This document shows positions 52,501 through 60,126 of a stretch of 61,861 nucleotides of DNA, in pieces. The first letter of the stretch is position 1, and each line of letters opens with the position of its first letter. The stretch is from a virus (lineage: Duplodnaviria; Caudoviricetes). The notes beneath the pieces are model-generated. The model saw nothing but the letters and a program-made list of their open reading frames with translations, had not been told where the DNA came from and did no database searches. The stretch is from IMG/VR virus record IMGVR_UViG_3300042472_000345, positions 1 through 61,861 of that record. One strand, written 5' to 3'. The position numbers were made by a program, and so were the translations under genes.

Positions 52501-53549
52501 TAGGAAATGAATCAAAAGGTATGACAGGAAATCCTTTACACCCATTGTACAATAACATCATTCTTAATTCCATTAAGATGGAGGCTGGTGCTAGAGAGGG
52601 TAAAGTTAATAACCTTTACATTGCAGGAAGAGATAACAAAGTGTATGATCAAAACCTCATCATATATGGATTCAGTGAACTTAAAAAGTATTTAGGTAGT
52701 GAAGGTAAAGATCTTTATGGAAAACTTGTAAGACTTGCTGTATTGCAGTCAGGACTTACTAACTCTCCTATTGCTTTCACCAACTTACTTCCATACGAAG
52801 ATTTCAAAGCAGTGTACAATAATACATTGTCCAATTTAGAAAATATGCCTAACTTAGCTGACTTCCAAAAATTACATGTGTTTGAAAGAAACAATTGGAA
52901 CAACTCAGACATCATACCATTCATGAAAGCTAAGATGAAAATGGGTGAAGATTTCTATTCAGGGTTTGCAACATTCTATGATCCTAATACTTCATACTTG
53001 AATGAAAACTTGAAGAATGCAGTGAGAGAGGGAAAACTTCCAAAGCTTGTAGCAATCAGCGCATTCTCATCTGAAGGAAGGAGTGAATTTGTTTCATACA
53101 GTTGGACTGATGATATTCCATACGCAGAACAACTCAAAAGAGCAAAAGCAGGAGATCGTTCTCATATCAAGAAAGTGTTATTGCAAAAAGTGTACACAAA
53201 AGATGATAAGAATAATCCAATTCCTTTAATGCAAATTGATGAAAAAACTGACAAACAAGGAAAACCTGTTGTGTATATGAAATACATATACAAAGCAATC
53301 AATGCTTGGGGAGATTCATTCAGAGCTCAAGAGTTCTATGATGATATTCGACCATCAGTGCTAGACAATGATTTTGAGAAAGTAGAAAGAATAACAGATG
53401 CTCAAGGTAATCAGATTGCATCAGGTGAAGTGAGTGATGAAGAAATTGCATCAGTGTTTGGTAATCAGCCAGTAGCTCAACCAGTAATTGAAGAACAAGA
53501 AGAATCTTGGGAAGAAGAAGACAACAATGATACATGCAATCCTTTTTAA
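40530..53549 (+). CDS. giant virion-packaged DNA-dependent RNA polymerase polyprotein (crAss-like)
   Basis: 4339 aa; GSDFDIDKL catalytic DxDxD at 50895-50909 preceded by YRIPTQ; ETDGGGY; hydrophobic N-terminal segments; zincin-like HEVFE at 46701. Confidence 0.88.
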   Translation: MPDNKPKIVNLRGVAQGLPTTPDVPTPNSAFGGEPNNNRSFDDIWRAGLAAPKELGVAQIPLSSIYKGNRYKETLPGTDYEEMAAQQQSGLSKLGNATAKFAGVAGTSFVSGTVGLVAGIGTAVRDQRWAGLIDNDVTRGMDDIMKNLEDELPNYYTHQEQDASWYSPDNILTVNFWSDKVLKNLGYSVGALAGGVAWGSVLRGIGLTSKLVQAGKGLQAATAIEEAMSVAPKLGKYAAFENTLNSLAQQYVKSPVSSVLKNSDRILTSAMGTFGEASMEGLQSMNTFRNKAIEEYKSVYGLDPTGESLEQINEMADKVGMHTWGANSLLLTATNYIQLPKILGSSRKADKALINKIEQETLGGGFVQNVPKTAFGRITKGVGSTMKSLATGKATVLFAPSEAFEEGMQSAIQTGVTNYFERAYKNRNGSKKILTDISESWGNIFTEGIPETLTSKEGLESILIGGLSGGIQQAGFVGTYKDEKGKTRIGVGKSGLIAEQGLFGLGGERQANTEAALTALNKTNVDKALKDQLKFMGIGIGSQKLRQQAIANNDLLSEKDYEKDFALSYVMPRAKYGKIESVNEELDYYKNQAMDADGFRQLVTGGIVNENETREDFIQRIDNLQSVAKNVDNLYSKLNDKYGDKIVDGQRVYSDDVIDRLVYAASKIKDYDSRIPGINGFLLENNIITQDIIKDVLEDDSVDVDSYKAALSTIANMDVDNDTKQDLIQDLNDLAEIAVRRKAFINEYNDILAKPENYKDELIENTPDDEPQELLALPEGRGVNPDGTSVEDIEGQENVPSVNITTKAGIRNIKLNKEYFLGRIVEYDAKGKEVYRAPMLTVLGENEDGTIKIRTSNGRIRDISKEEFEDYNLVEVDKAQSNKKLNYYMKHWNTVFEHYGRKNKDGSPAKGRLEYNDKDRTLTLVYTRDGKVKREEFTGDQVDDALAKKKGYKHPLIKAVGELTAEQIQAEQEFNEDAKTDPRVTEKRQERLRILNELFDDLSKRQDSTKSLIEQKQKSFEAISEELAELQKEIEQNAQVDNRSKKAIRFKKVTKKALDNAMKLSRMQTQLEEEVEKLQSDLQEIEYNMEYVADVASNIDEYSTNFYEFKNELENELLDLEMLQEKTAKQISFISKLIDEVQRAIDSAISLLSGLIQDFENRYPNVPRLMGQDWVDFLKENPNFLKIKPNYREELQNLEDIVSVMEDGDITPNEKRIEDLKEHIDIMVGQLKDLNNEITAKGLILDKFEQVAEKYKQQKIQEDFLKNNPKLTQQLFATLTTDVQNFFGTKQYEPVSKKNEYDVVGGSRPAADDNIPHQARANYFGNKFQTFTNKNRLKAMIVTAKTEDQIIPGLTESFLKDIAEGTRKDTARNEIIYMVMVQDNGNGAHSVVGQDGQPLAEGANKIDNAIYQVFPAETLTGEYDGKKQSMFREGTPENIVTSFTQQYKQWRTGQLSQAVLGEPQAFTPSFGSPKLVTVRDVAGNETVDKGARTSAQAAGLVTNSTLRKEPVIQVAVTNDTIKEGSVAFNTPKGRVFLKVPGVGMAKLFNRKFNDKEANTIYDVILQVSKNALEDGELKERSNELFEWLKSTIYWGFAHYPDGKPKPFGYNNVWFETVTEDGKPVTKLFITGLTKDSKQMFNFTPSELGSPSTRAEIVGLLKQLYNNTNNSKLKGDNFNNPYFEITGIDKQGNPIYQRWPNYQTYLLSDKAPNENGELTITREGKDLPLATQYKPVTESNPVNRTGIYFTLDSTVDDYVKPSAPVVMEQPVQQPVQKVAPVQQAQPAQAAQPAQPVSTPAPVQPTVQPSPTTYNLNGQAENIKVFGRGAGPVKFKANLEGIVDFLKTIPNHLELIKDNVILPANVIQSLKAEKLIDITDPSNEDAIFSIKGDLLNSAIDRELPASETTDAVLFPKAVGIVIQTIFKDITPQITQKLVPVQPAIQDSAPTETPTVQTSDTEEVQEAEEIEEIEDDSEDFNTPSTGRTDETFRLKLVQEAEEFQQEDWTSLEKDYAKMLPNVPFYRVKNMIQATNGRQAWGMLHNGAVYVYENAEVGTAYHEVFEAVWKMFAGPAEKQLIIDEFRNREGSYQDRFTGELIEYKNATNQQIKEELAEQFRDAVLQDKLGKPVASKGLIGRLFSELIEFIKSFFTGKNAQKNTQELFNKIGDGYFAKYNPYESKLAYAKVGVIDIDDVAADETSEFRLEKIPSAQAHDIIQHMTYSTLSNIVENKGNIFNVQKENKQELYTRLRKEVLNLIKFKRDLLVQSINKGELDVATATRDINNLATLFEDIKSEWNQIIEKHQEHLKTFSIEFDENDDVNVTDENNSGKADYMDARKIDSFRKANSVIKLLLATLPKMEYNNNYANPIPQRSSVGGMILMPADEVYATLVDKLHSSVNIDDMFERLRVLAKGNSNYAKLYTRITNSPLGEAINFNNLEDYNLQLMSAFWKAVKKQNADVVTVFVLPSGEIVVSDSTLTSAAKQAAREMMGGISERIRGDKSPYISYNRQTLKYNPTSMLTNRRLNPSDMSSYVTFLNNLGINFKVADLESKTKLTPDKRKMFTEAVEGLRDSLIAVKDISSITSKTLDIDGRLFELGLVKAVLENTSFETTYFNLNGERTQSYVGVSAISTLYDVLSKLENINDLNDVERGYSSFKHLLTDVFTKDSSVMLQRMFDLDPDGDGGRKKNTEQFMKPVFIDGTVDQETGKKKESSKLTFKQRLVQEINLNLDGIYLNLVPGDASIEHAIKMHNSQTPFVTEASFSSGDYLDIFKNYFISEVLLSRDGRKVVGNKNSQDLRFFKAILGNSLHDKIIKGNLKKTPLEIYNANKNDINAAVKQFVETQAKDTEGLLKNFGVITSTKEEGLTAKGLSLNQRGLTQDILNKKLKILSVNYMIANIEMHKLIYSDPYQYSDELKRIKNFNSPRQALVYGSTRINVSFNDKYNKGYNSKDIGYTDMMKDYFRSTVISDVFSTNDLPGYDEPYEETDGGGYISLKAYRIFALRSGEWNSSKEAQYRYDIAYEKFVKGIDLSPEEKKFELKEITDKEGNVRIVGKNPGVASVYTPIKPIVSGSKADGKNYNDIVLDKFALVPLSFRILHEMNPNSNAMKFYEKMASDKVDYAVYKSGRKVGAGITTPLYNTNGSFNTTPFAEVNNIPFSIMGVQSEVPSKDTPSVTQGSQITKLVTMDFLEAGVPIDFDSQNKDFNDRFVKWEAITDENERMAQSEVYRMIKNNQNLLQEKTEEGFKSLLKKLGISKNNKGFVLADPKKLINVLKDEILKREVNDNITAALAGFEKGSVVLEATPAYQQIRNILYSIADKNVVRPKISGGLKVQIPSTLFEGTRKEAKRIVKEDGTETLAYQSDSLKFYSKSKDGKKINVCEIMLPRWFESSMSDKELLNYLNNTDEGQKILSGLGYRIPTQKQNSIDSFIIKGFLPADFKDSVVVPSALVKKVGSDFDIDKLSIYLKNVITDENGEIRLIERKGTKEQTIEYYSNLFDKLIDSEQQYVLRQLAKLSKEDELDVDAEQRLMDRQEKINKKELNKQDFIDGIYKKVLENEYIQSLQDLVEHPSNFDSLIKPNSAKELKDLTKEINKELGIPEVDYSSVGNMLNRKFMSTLRQSFVSGKYAIGIAAVGQTNHAQNQRSAMYVDIDRLSQVDGVDREILGGDPKSTTYSTNPNINFKEYNTILIDGRLKPNLSMIKNKAGETISDIIGMFIDGYVDISKGAWIMELGATPNVASTWLFLAKVGVPIKTVGYFMNQPIIKDYLRSVENKGYSWLFIDSIIQEKLDEYSPSKEIEITGIPAEEDLFKTIKFNQVGAKDKMDDFQKAQQQYILKEFIKYAKMSSQLFDVTQGSNFDTATINDPYLVFKKRLQLEKARKTIISSVDKLLDKSFIGPLKDLIYDFRDAFAEILISDKPNVRKVMEDVLTPYVGLSDRDFVKVSQKAVNDLFDWAMQTNDTVNINVANILLGSDTRENTAQQIINLRDSILGNESKGMTGNPLHPLYNNIILNSIKMEAGAREGKVNNLYIAGRDNKVYDQNLIIYGFSELKKYLGSEGKDLYGKLVRLAVLQSGLTNSPIAFTNLLPYEDFKAVYNNTLSNLENMPNLADFQKLHVFERNNWNNSDIIPFMKAKMKMGEDFYSGFATFYDPNTSYLNENLKNAVREGKLPKLVAISAFSSEGRSEFVSYSWTDDIPYAEQLKRAKAGDRSHIKKVLLQKVYTKDDKNNPIPLMQIDEKTDKQGKPVVYMKYIYKAINAWGDSFRAQEFYDDIRPSVLDNDFEKVERITDAQGNQIASGEVSDEEIASVFGNQPVAQPVIEEQEESWEEEDNNDTCNPF

Positions 53550-53559
53550 TAAATAAACC

Positions 53560-56500
53560 ATGAGTTGTAACGACAAAAAAAAGTTTAGAACTTCAGAAGC
53601 ATCAACAAAAGCATCCTTAAGAACTAAGGGTGCTATTGATAAATTTTTAAATATTATTGATTATAATAAGTTTAACAACTTAAATAATCAATGGAGTAAA
53701 GATGCTCAAGAACGTTTTGATATTAAGGGTAAACTTTTTTCAGAAGAGAACAGCAGAGCTATTCCAAATAAAGAAGCATTTAAAAAAATTGATAACTCTA
53801 AAGGTATCTTCTATCAAGAGGATGAAATGCCTGTATCTAAATCTTCTGCTGAGACATTAGCTATTATGAAAGCTGCTGCTCAGAAGATGGGCATAGACTT
53901 CCAATCTCTTGAGGAGTATGCTAAAGCTAATCCAGACATAAATGTAAAAGGTGTAAATGGTCTTGCTGATCTTATCAAAGGAACAATTGCAGTGGCACAA
54001 GGAATGGAAAGCGTTGCTACAACAGAAGAGATTGTGCACATTGCTACAGCTATTCTTGAACAAACCAATCCAAAATTTATTACAGCTCTTATCAGTAAGA
54101 TTGATAGATTCAAGATATATAAAGAAGTTTTGGACAAGTATGGTAAGAGAAAAGAATACCAACTATCTAATGGTAAACCAGACATTCGTAAGATTAAGAA
54201 AGAGGCTGTTGATAAATTAATAACTGAACTTATAGTTAAACAATCAGAAGGCTCTACAGAGTTTCCTGAGTTAATGGAAGAAGAAAATAGAAACATGATT
54301 CAAGAATTTTGGAATACTATTCTTGATTACATCAGAGGTATCTATGGTAAATCTAACATTGACATTTTTGAAACAGCTGCACAACAAATTGCAACTGCTC
54401 AAGTAGATGGTACAGTTGCTGACATACAAGAAGGAGGAGTATTTTTTAACTTATCTGATGATGTCAAAAAACAAATAGATGATCTATACAATGCATATAT
54501 TGAAACTGCTAATAAGATTAAAGGACCTTTTCCTGAAGTTTTAGATAAAGATGGTAATGTTATAGACAAACGACACTATACTTATGAAGGTAATAGAGTA
54601 GGTCAAACTGTTACAGAGAAAGTAAAAGGAAAATTCAATAAAATTTTTGAAAGAACTCCTGCTCAAAAAATAGAAGATGACCAAAAGAAAGACTGGGGAT
54701 CTGAAGGACATAGATTTTTAGAACAACATTTTCTTACAAACTTAATAGATAAAGATGGTTACAAAAGAAAACCTTCTGGAACAGAATCTATATCGTCAAC
54801 ATTAAGTCCAGAAATACAAATTCAATTAAGAAGATTTGCAAAAGAACTTATAGACTCATATCCAGAAGGAACTAGATTCCTTGTAGAGAAGGAAGTGGTA
54901 AACACTAAAGTTAAAGACATGCTAGCTTCCACTGTGGATTTCAAGGCTATCTATCCTGTAACTAAAAAAGACAACACACAAGGATTCAAAGTTGATACAC
55001 TTGACTGGAAGTTTACAAGTATAAACAAAACAACAGAAGAAGATATTCCATGGTTTAAACAAAAAGAATGGATTCCTCAGATGGGTGAATACACTCAGAT
55101 TGATTACAACCTTGGTGTTAAAAGAGATCAGATAGGTAAAGCTAGAATGGTTCCATTTATAGTAAACTATGATTATGCTATAGTTAATGATAGAAAGTCT
55201 GGTCTTATTCCTACAGCTATTGAAATAGGAAAACTTGATTCATTAACAGAGACAAACTTATACTTACTTCCTGTTCCTTCAGCTGCTGAATCAACAGGTA
55301 ATTCAGGAGTAGATGCTCTTGTTAAATCTTTAAGAGAGCACTGGGAAAAAATATCCAAAATAAAAATTACTTCTGTTGAGCAAAAGATTGCTAGAACAGA
55401 ACAACTTAATGAACTTAGTAAGGCTATTCGTAACTTACATATCAAGTTAAACTTTGCACCATTGCAAGCAGTGGGTGAAACATTCTTGAAGAGTGCAAAG
55501 AAGACAGTAGATTCATTTGAGAATTTAGATTATTCTACATTATCAAAAGATGAAATTAAGAAAAAACTTGCAGACTTATTAGAATATTCAAAAAGTGCTG
55601 AGAAATTTAGAGCATTAGATCAGGTGTTTCTTTCTCAATATCCAAGAGAAGGAATGACTGCTGAAAACAAAAAGACACTTCTTGAATTAGAACACTTAAG
55701 TAAAAGTACAGAAAGGATGCTTAAGAAAATTCTTCAACTTCAAACAGAATATGCTATTCAGTTAGGAGAGAAAGAAGGATTTGATATGCCCTACACTGAA
55801 GATGAATTAGGGAATAAAAAGTTACAAGCTGAAGCTGAGATAAGTGGTTTTGCTAAGACTTGGGCTGAGGGAACTAAACTCAATGCAAGAATTATAAAAC
55901 TTGCTTCTAACTTATTGATGAATGCAAAGAGTCTTGTAAACATTAAGTTTAAACAAAACTATACAGAGTTTCAACAATTACTTGAACCATTAGAAAAAGA
56001 AGCTAGTAAACAAGGTAAGAACGCATTTGATTTTATAGGAAGAATAACCCCATCAGGATTAAAACTTATTAATAAAATTGATCCTAAATTTTGGGCTCAA
56101 CTTAAAGAAGCTTCTGAGAAAAAAGACGTTGATTTCTTCTTAAGAAACATAAACGTTGATAAATATAACAGATTAGCAAAAGAAGAAATTAATAAAGGAA
56201 TACAAGTTATAAACGATACAACTTATTCATCTGAAGAAGAAGAAGATGTACGTATAAGAGAATTCAGAATAAGTAAACTAAAAGACTCCCTTGATATAAA
56301 CAGAGATTCATTTAATGGATTCAATAGATACGAGTTCAAAAAACTAGTTAATCAAACATTAAAAGAAGACAAGTTATATTCTAATGAGTTTAGAGAACTT
56401 ATTAAAAACAAGCCTGCATATGACATGTGGCAATATTTCACTGCACTTAATAATAAAGCTAAGTTGCTTGGATATATTTCAGAAAAAGAAACTTCCTTCT

Positions 56501-58467
56501 TCCCATTAATAGAAGCTACTACAATTCAGAAGTTTGCAAAAAATAAAGACTTCTTAGGTCAAGCAAGTGAGAGTTTTTGGAAAGATCTTTATCAAACAAG
56601 AATTAACGAAGAACAAAATCTTTCTAAGATTGATCCTGAGACAGGAAAGGTTAGAAAAGAAATTCCTAAATACTTTACCAAAACAGACAAAGATGTAAGT
56701 CAGCTATCTACAGATCTTAATAAAGTGGGAGCTATGTGGATTAAATCATTATTGGAGTATGAGAAGTCTGCAAACATGGAAGAAACTATGCAGACACTTC
56801 TTGCTGTTGAAAAAGCAAAAGGTTCATTAATGAAAGATCAAGAAGGTAGAATCATATTTGATGAACAAGGTCCAAAGGTAAATGAAGCAGAAAATAGAAA
56901 TGCTATTGTATTAGAAACAATCATCGATGATGGACTATACAAATTAACAGAAGACTTAGGATCTTTAGGAAATATTGGAATTGGTAAAGTTGGAGAGAAG
57001 CTTGGTAAAACAGAAGAAGACAAATCAAAGAAAGCAGTTAACATTAAGAAAGGACTTAAGAATCTTGATACATTAACTAGAGCTCTTGCTGTTGGTCTTA
57101 AACCTCTTATTGGACTTGCAAACTGGGCAGGTGGTCAGTTCCAATCTTACATCAATGCTGGAGGAATGTATCGCTTTAGAGAGTTTGAGAAAAACAATGG
57201 AAAAATTAGTTTACCTTTTGGTAAAGGATTGTCAACTATTGAGAAAGGTTTATTAGATTTAATTGTTCCATTGAATGATGACATTGTTACAGAAGAAGCA
57301 AGAAGAGCTACATGGGAGAAAGGTCAGTATGCTAAATGGTTAGGTACATGGACATTCTCTGACACAATGATGATAACTAACTCATTTGGTGAGAAGAAAT
57401 TACAATTTGCTAATGCAATGAGTTTTAATGACAACTCAATGGTTGTAAATGGAAAGATTGTAAACATTAGACAATTTATAAAAGCTCAAGATAGAGCAGC
57501 TAAATATGATCTTTCTGAATCAGCAAGAAAGGAACTTGAAAAAACATTTGAAGAAAGAGTTCAAGAACTTAAAGAATCTTCTTCTTTAGCTAAGGTTGCT
57601 AAGATTGAAAATGATAAACTTGTTATTCCTGGAGTTACTGATGAAGAATTAGCTAAGTATAGAACTACAGTTATTGAGTATGGTAGAAAGCTTAATGGTC
57701 AAATGAATGAAGACAACAAAGCTGGCTACAGAAGAGATACAATCATTTCATCATTTATGATGTTTAAGACATGGATTCCTAAATTAGTTTCTGAACGTGG
57801 AATGGACATTACTAAAAATGTTGAACTTGATGAATGGGAATATGGTAGAGTTAGACTTTTCTTTAAAACTTGGAATCAATTAGGAACAAGAAATCTTTTG
57901 AAGATGCGTGAGATCATCAATGGTACTGATGAAGGTTTACGAATCTTAGATGAAATGCTTGAAGCAAAAAAAGATGATTACTATAAAAAAACTGGCCAGG
58001 TTCTTGAGATAACCACTGAGGAGTTTTATGATCTTGTAAGAAAAGAATTAACTAATGAAATGAAAGAGTTAAAACTTTTATTAATTGTTGCTGCAATGAT
58101 GTTTGCAGCTGCTGCTGCTGAACCACCTGAAGATGCTGATGATCAAACAAAAAATTTATATAAATTAGCTGCTAGAGGATTGCATAAAATTTCTGATGAG
58201 ATTACATTCTATTATAACCCTGTATCTTTTGAAGGTATGACTAAAGGTTCTGTACTTCCATCATTGAATATAATTACAAAAGCAATGAGAATCTTTAATG
58301 CAATAGGTAAAGAGATGGAAGATCCTGACAAAGCATATCCAATGAAGTATTTCTTTGCAATGATTCCTGGAATTTCTCAATTTCAAACTGAGATACTTCC
58401 TTACCTTTATCCTGAACTTGCTAAAGAAATGGGCATCAGAGTGAGTGCAGAATCAAGAAGACAGTAA
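53560..58467 (+). CDS. large virion ejection protein with PD-(D/E)xK nuclease-like domain
   Basis: 1635 aa; GSEGH..E...VEKEV...ASTVD...LDWKF...QMGEY pattern; degenerate zincin EEIVH. Confidence 0.6.
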   Translation: MSCNDKKKFRTSEASTKASLRTKGAIDKFLNIIDYNKFNNLNNQWSKDAQERFDIKGKLFSEENSRAIPNKEAFKKIDNSKGIFYQEDEMPVSKSSAETLAIMKAAAQKMGIDFQSLEEYAKANPDINVKGVNGLADLIKGTIAVAQGMESVATTEEIVHIATAILEQTNPKFITALISKIDRFKIYKEVLDKYGKRKEYQLSNGKPDIRKIKKEAVDKLITELIVKQSEGSTEFPELMEEENRNMIQEFWNTILDYIRGIYGKSNIDIFETAAQQIATAQVDGTVADIQEGGVFFNLSDDVKKQIDDLYNAYIETANKIKGPFPEVLDKDGNVIDKRHYTYEGNRVGQTVTEKVKGKFNKIFERTPAQKIEDDQKKDWGSEGHRFLEQHFLTNLIDKDGYKRKPSGTESISSTLSPEIQIQLRRFAKELIDSYPEGTRFLVEKEVVNTKVKDMLASTVDFKAIYPVTKKDNTQGFKVDTLDWKFTSINKTTEEDIPWFKQKEWIPQMGEYTQIDYNLGVKRDQIGKARMVPFIVNYDYAIVNDRKSGLIPTAIEIGKLDSLTETNLYLLPVPSAAESTGNSGVDALVKSLREHWEKISKIKITSVEQKIARTEQLNELSKAIRNLHIKLNFAPLQAVGETFLKSAKKTVDSFENLDYSTLSKDEIKKKLADLLEYSKSAEKFRALDQVFLSQYPREGMTAENKKTLLELEHLSKSTERMLKKILQLQTEYAIQLGEKEGFDMPYTEDELGNKKLQAEAEISGFAKTWAEGTKLNARIIKLASNLLMNAKSLVNIKFKQNYTEFQQLLEPLEKEASKQGKNAFDFIGRITPSGLKLINKIDPKFWAQLKEASEKKDVDFFLRNINVDKYNRLAKEEINKGIQVINDTTYSSEEEEDVRIREFRISKLKDSLDINRDSFNGFNRYEFKKLVNQTLKEDKLYSNEFRELIKNKPAYDMWQYFTALNNKAKLLGYISEKETSFFPLIEATTIQKFAKNKDFLGQASESFWKDLYQTRINEEQNLSKIDPETGKVRKEIPKYFTKTDKDVSQLSTDLNKVGAMWIKSLLEYEKSANMEETMQTLLAVEKAKGSLMKDQEGRIIFDEQGPKVNEAENRNAIVLETIIDDGLYKLTEDLGSLGNIGIGKVGEKLGKTEEDKSKKAVNIKKGLKNLDTLTRALAVGLKPLIGLANWAGGQFQSYINAGGMYRFREFEKNNGKISLPFGKGLSTIEKGLLDLIVPLNDDIVTEEARRATWEKGQYAKWLGTWTFSDTMMITNSFGEKKLQFANAMSFNDNSMVVNGKIVNIRQFIKAQDRAAKYDLSESARKELEKTFEERVQELKESSSLAKVAKIENDKLVIPGVTDEELAKYRTTVIEYGRKLNGQMNEDNKAGYRRDTIISSFMMFKTWIPKLVSERGMDITKNVELDEWEYGRVRLFFKTWNQLGTRNLLKMREIINGTDEGLRILDEMLEAKKDDYYKKTGQVLEITTEEFYDLVRKELTNEMKELKLLLIVAAMMFAAAAAEPPEDADDQTKNLYKLAARGLHKISDEITFYYNPVSFEGMTKGSVLPSLNIITKAMRIFNAIGKEMEDPDKAYPMKYFFAMIPGISQFQTEILPYLYPELAKEMGIRVSAESRRQ

Positions 58468-58524
58468 TAGCTATATTATGGCATTTATTTACATCTTAGA
58501 TGCCATATAATATATATAAATTGT

Positions 58525-58532
58525 TACATTTG
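58525..58532 (+). promoter_or_regulatory. -7 promoter element for the lysis cassette
   Basis: TACATTTG matches TAnnTTTG; no clear -33 box, which is overlapped by an inverted repeat. Confidence 0.45.
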
Positions 58533-58605
58533 CTTACTACAAATTAATCGTTTTTATCAAGGGAGAGAGTGGAAAACTAGTTACAAACTATAACATCATT
58601 CTTAA

Positions 58606-59049
58606 ATGAGAACATTTCTTTTACAATTACTAGCAGCCTTACTCTTATTCTTTGCGCCAATTCAACAGTTAGTTATGGTCGTAGGTATAGCAATCATGCT
58701 AGACACATTCACAGGTATTTATAAATCAGTTAAATTGAATGGATGGAGATCCATTCGTAGTAGAAAGTTGTCAAATATAATAAGCAAACTGGTTCTTTAT
58801 GAGGTGTCAATCATTCTCCTCTATCCAATTGATAAATTTTTATTGAACGAACTGTTGCTGAACATTGTTTCAGTTCAATTCTTTTCTACAAAAGTTGCAT
58901 GTGTTCTTCTTATTCTAGTAGAGCTTACATCAATTAAAGAGAATGTAGAAGCTGCTCTTAAGATTAATATCTGGCAGATTTTAAAAAGAACAATCAACAG
59001 AGCAAAAGAAATCTCCCATGATGTAGATGACATAGCCAATCCTAAATAA
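58606..59049 (+). CDS. holin (phage holin family 4-like)
   Basis: Three hydrophobic segments; LDTFTG...SRKL...ELTSIKEN pattern. Confidence 0.75.
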   Translation: MRTFLLQLLAALLLFFAPIQQLVMVVGIAIMLDTFTGIYKSVKLNGWRSIRSRKLSNIISKLVLYEVSIILLYPIDKFLLNELLLNIVSVQFFSTKVACVLLILVELTSIKENVEAALKINIWQILKRTINRAKEISHDVDDIANPK

Positions 59050-59055
59050 TATATT

Positions 59056-59430
59056 ATGGATAGTCTAGAAGGATTTATTCCAAAATTTTTAAAAGGAGGA
59101 TGGATTGTTACGTTAATTGGTGCTGCAGGAATGATAGCAAGACTGGCTGTATCTGAAGAAGAGAATGCCATGAATACAATAATCAAGAACATATCTGCTG
59201 CAATGATTGCATCTAGCATCTCTTGGTTCATATTAGAACAGTTCGAAATTAATTCAATGATTAAAGCAGTGACATATGGACTTGTTGGATTAAACTCACC
59301 AGAACTATTAAAAGGTATAACAAAAATATCTGGTGCGTTCTCTGAAGATCCTGCAAAGTTTATAGCCAATGCTAAGAAAGGTAAAGTTACATCAACTAAA
59401 AAACCTGTAAGAAAAAAACCTATAAAGTAA
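59056..59430 (+). CDS. membrane protein, holin-like
   Basis: Two to three hydrophobic helices, basic C-terminal tail KKPVRKKPIK. Confidence 0.55.
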   Translation: MDSLEGFIPKFLKGGWIVTLIGAAGMIARLAVSEEENAMNTIIKNISAAMIASSISWFILEQFEINSMIKAVTYGLVGLNSPELLKGITKISGAFSEDPAKFIANAKKGKVTSTKKPVRKKPIK

Positions 59431-60122
59431 TGAATAAGAATACTTCATTAATAGCACTAACTCTAATTATGTTATCAGTTGCAATCTATGGTAAATGGAT
59501 TGAAGTGAAGATATCAGAAAACGCACGAGCTATCATAGAAGATAGATTAAAACCTCAACCATGGCTATCAAGAGCTTTTGATTACTATGGTACACCTATA
59601 GAAGCAAACTTTGTAAATAAAGAATTTTCAGTTGACAAGTTAAAAGAAAATCTTGATTATATAAAAGATTGGAAAAAATCAAGAGACAGTGTGTGGTCAG
59701 CATACATTGCTACTGAAATGGTTCCTGAAGAACAGAAAATTATTGATAAAGTAAACGAGGATACAAAAGAAGTTGATGCTATTATAGAAGACATTATAGA
59801 AGATGTTGAGAACAATAGGAACTTAGAAGAAGTAGACTCTATAATTAAATCAGGTGTTATAGAAAAGAAGATAACACCAATCATGGATAACATTAACCTA
59901 CTAATTGATTTACAATCTACAGAAGGAGAAAAGTTAGCAGATGATATGAAGGTTACAATGTATACATTTTCAAACTTCATGATAGGAGTGTTATCGTTAT
60001 CTTTTATCTTATTAGGTACATTGATATATGATTTTATAAAAACAAAAAGAGAAGCAGCTAAACCTGTAAGAAAACCAAGAACAAAGAAACCAGTTAAACG
60101 TACAACCACTAAAAAGAAATAG
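59430..60122 (+). CDS. two-TM membrane protein with chemoreceptor-like four-helix-bundle extracytoplasmic domain
   Basis: TM - IIEDRLKP..WL...W.AY.AT.M.PEEQ...LIDLQ - TM - basic tail; resembles the 4HB_MCP sensor pattern. Confidence 0.6.
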   Translation: MNKNTSLIALTLIMLSVAIYGKWIEVKISENARAIIEDRLKPQPWLSRAFDYYGTPIEANFVNKEFSVDKLKENLDYIKDWKKSRDSVWSAYIATEMVPEEQKIIDKVNEDTKEVDAIIEDIIEDVENNRNLEEVDSIIKSGVIEKKITPIMDNINLLIDLQSTEGEKLADDMKVTMYTFSNFMIGVLSLSFILLGTLIYDFIKTKREAAKPVRKPRTKKPVKRTTTKKK

Positions 60123-60126
60123 GTAA

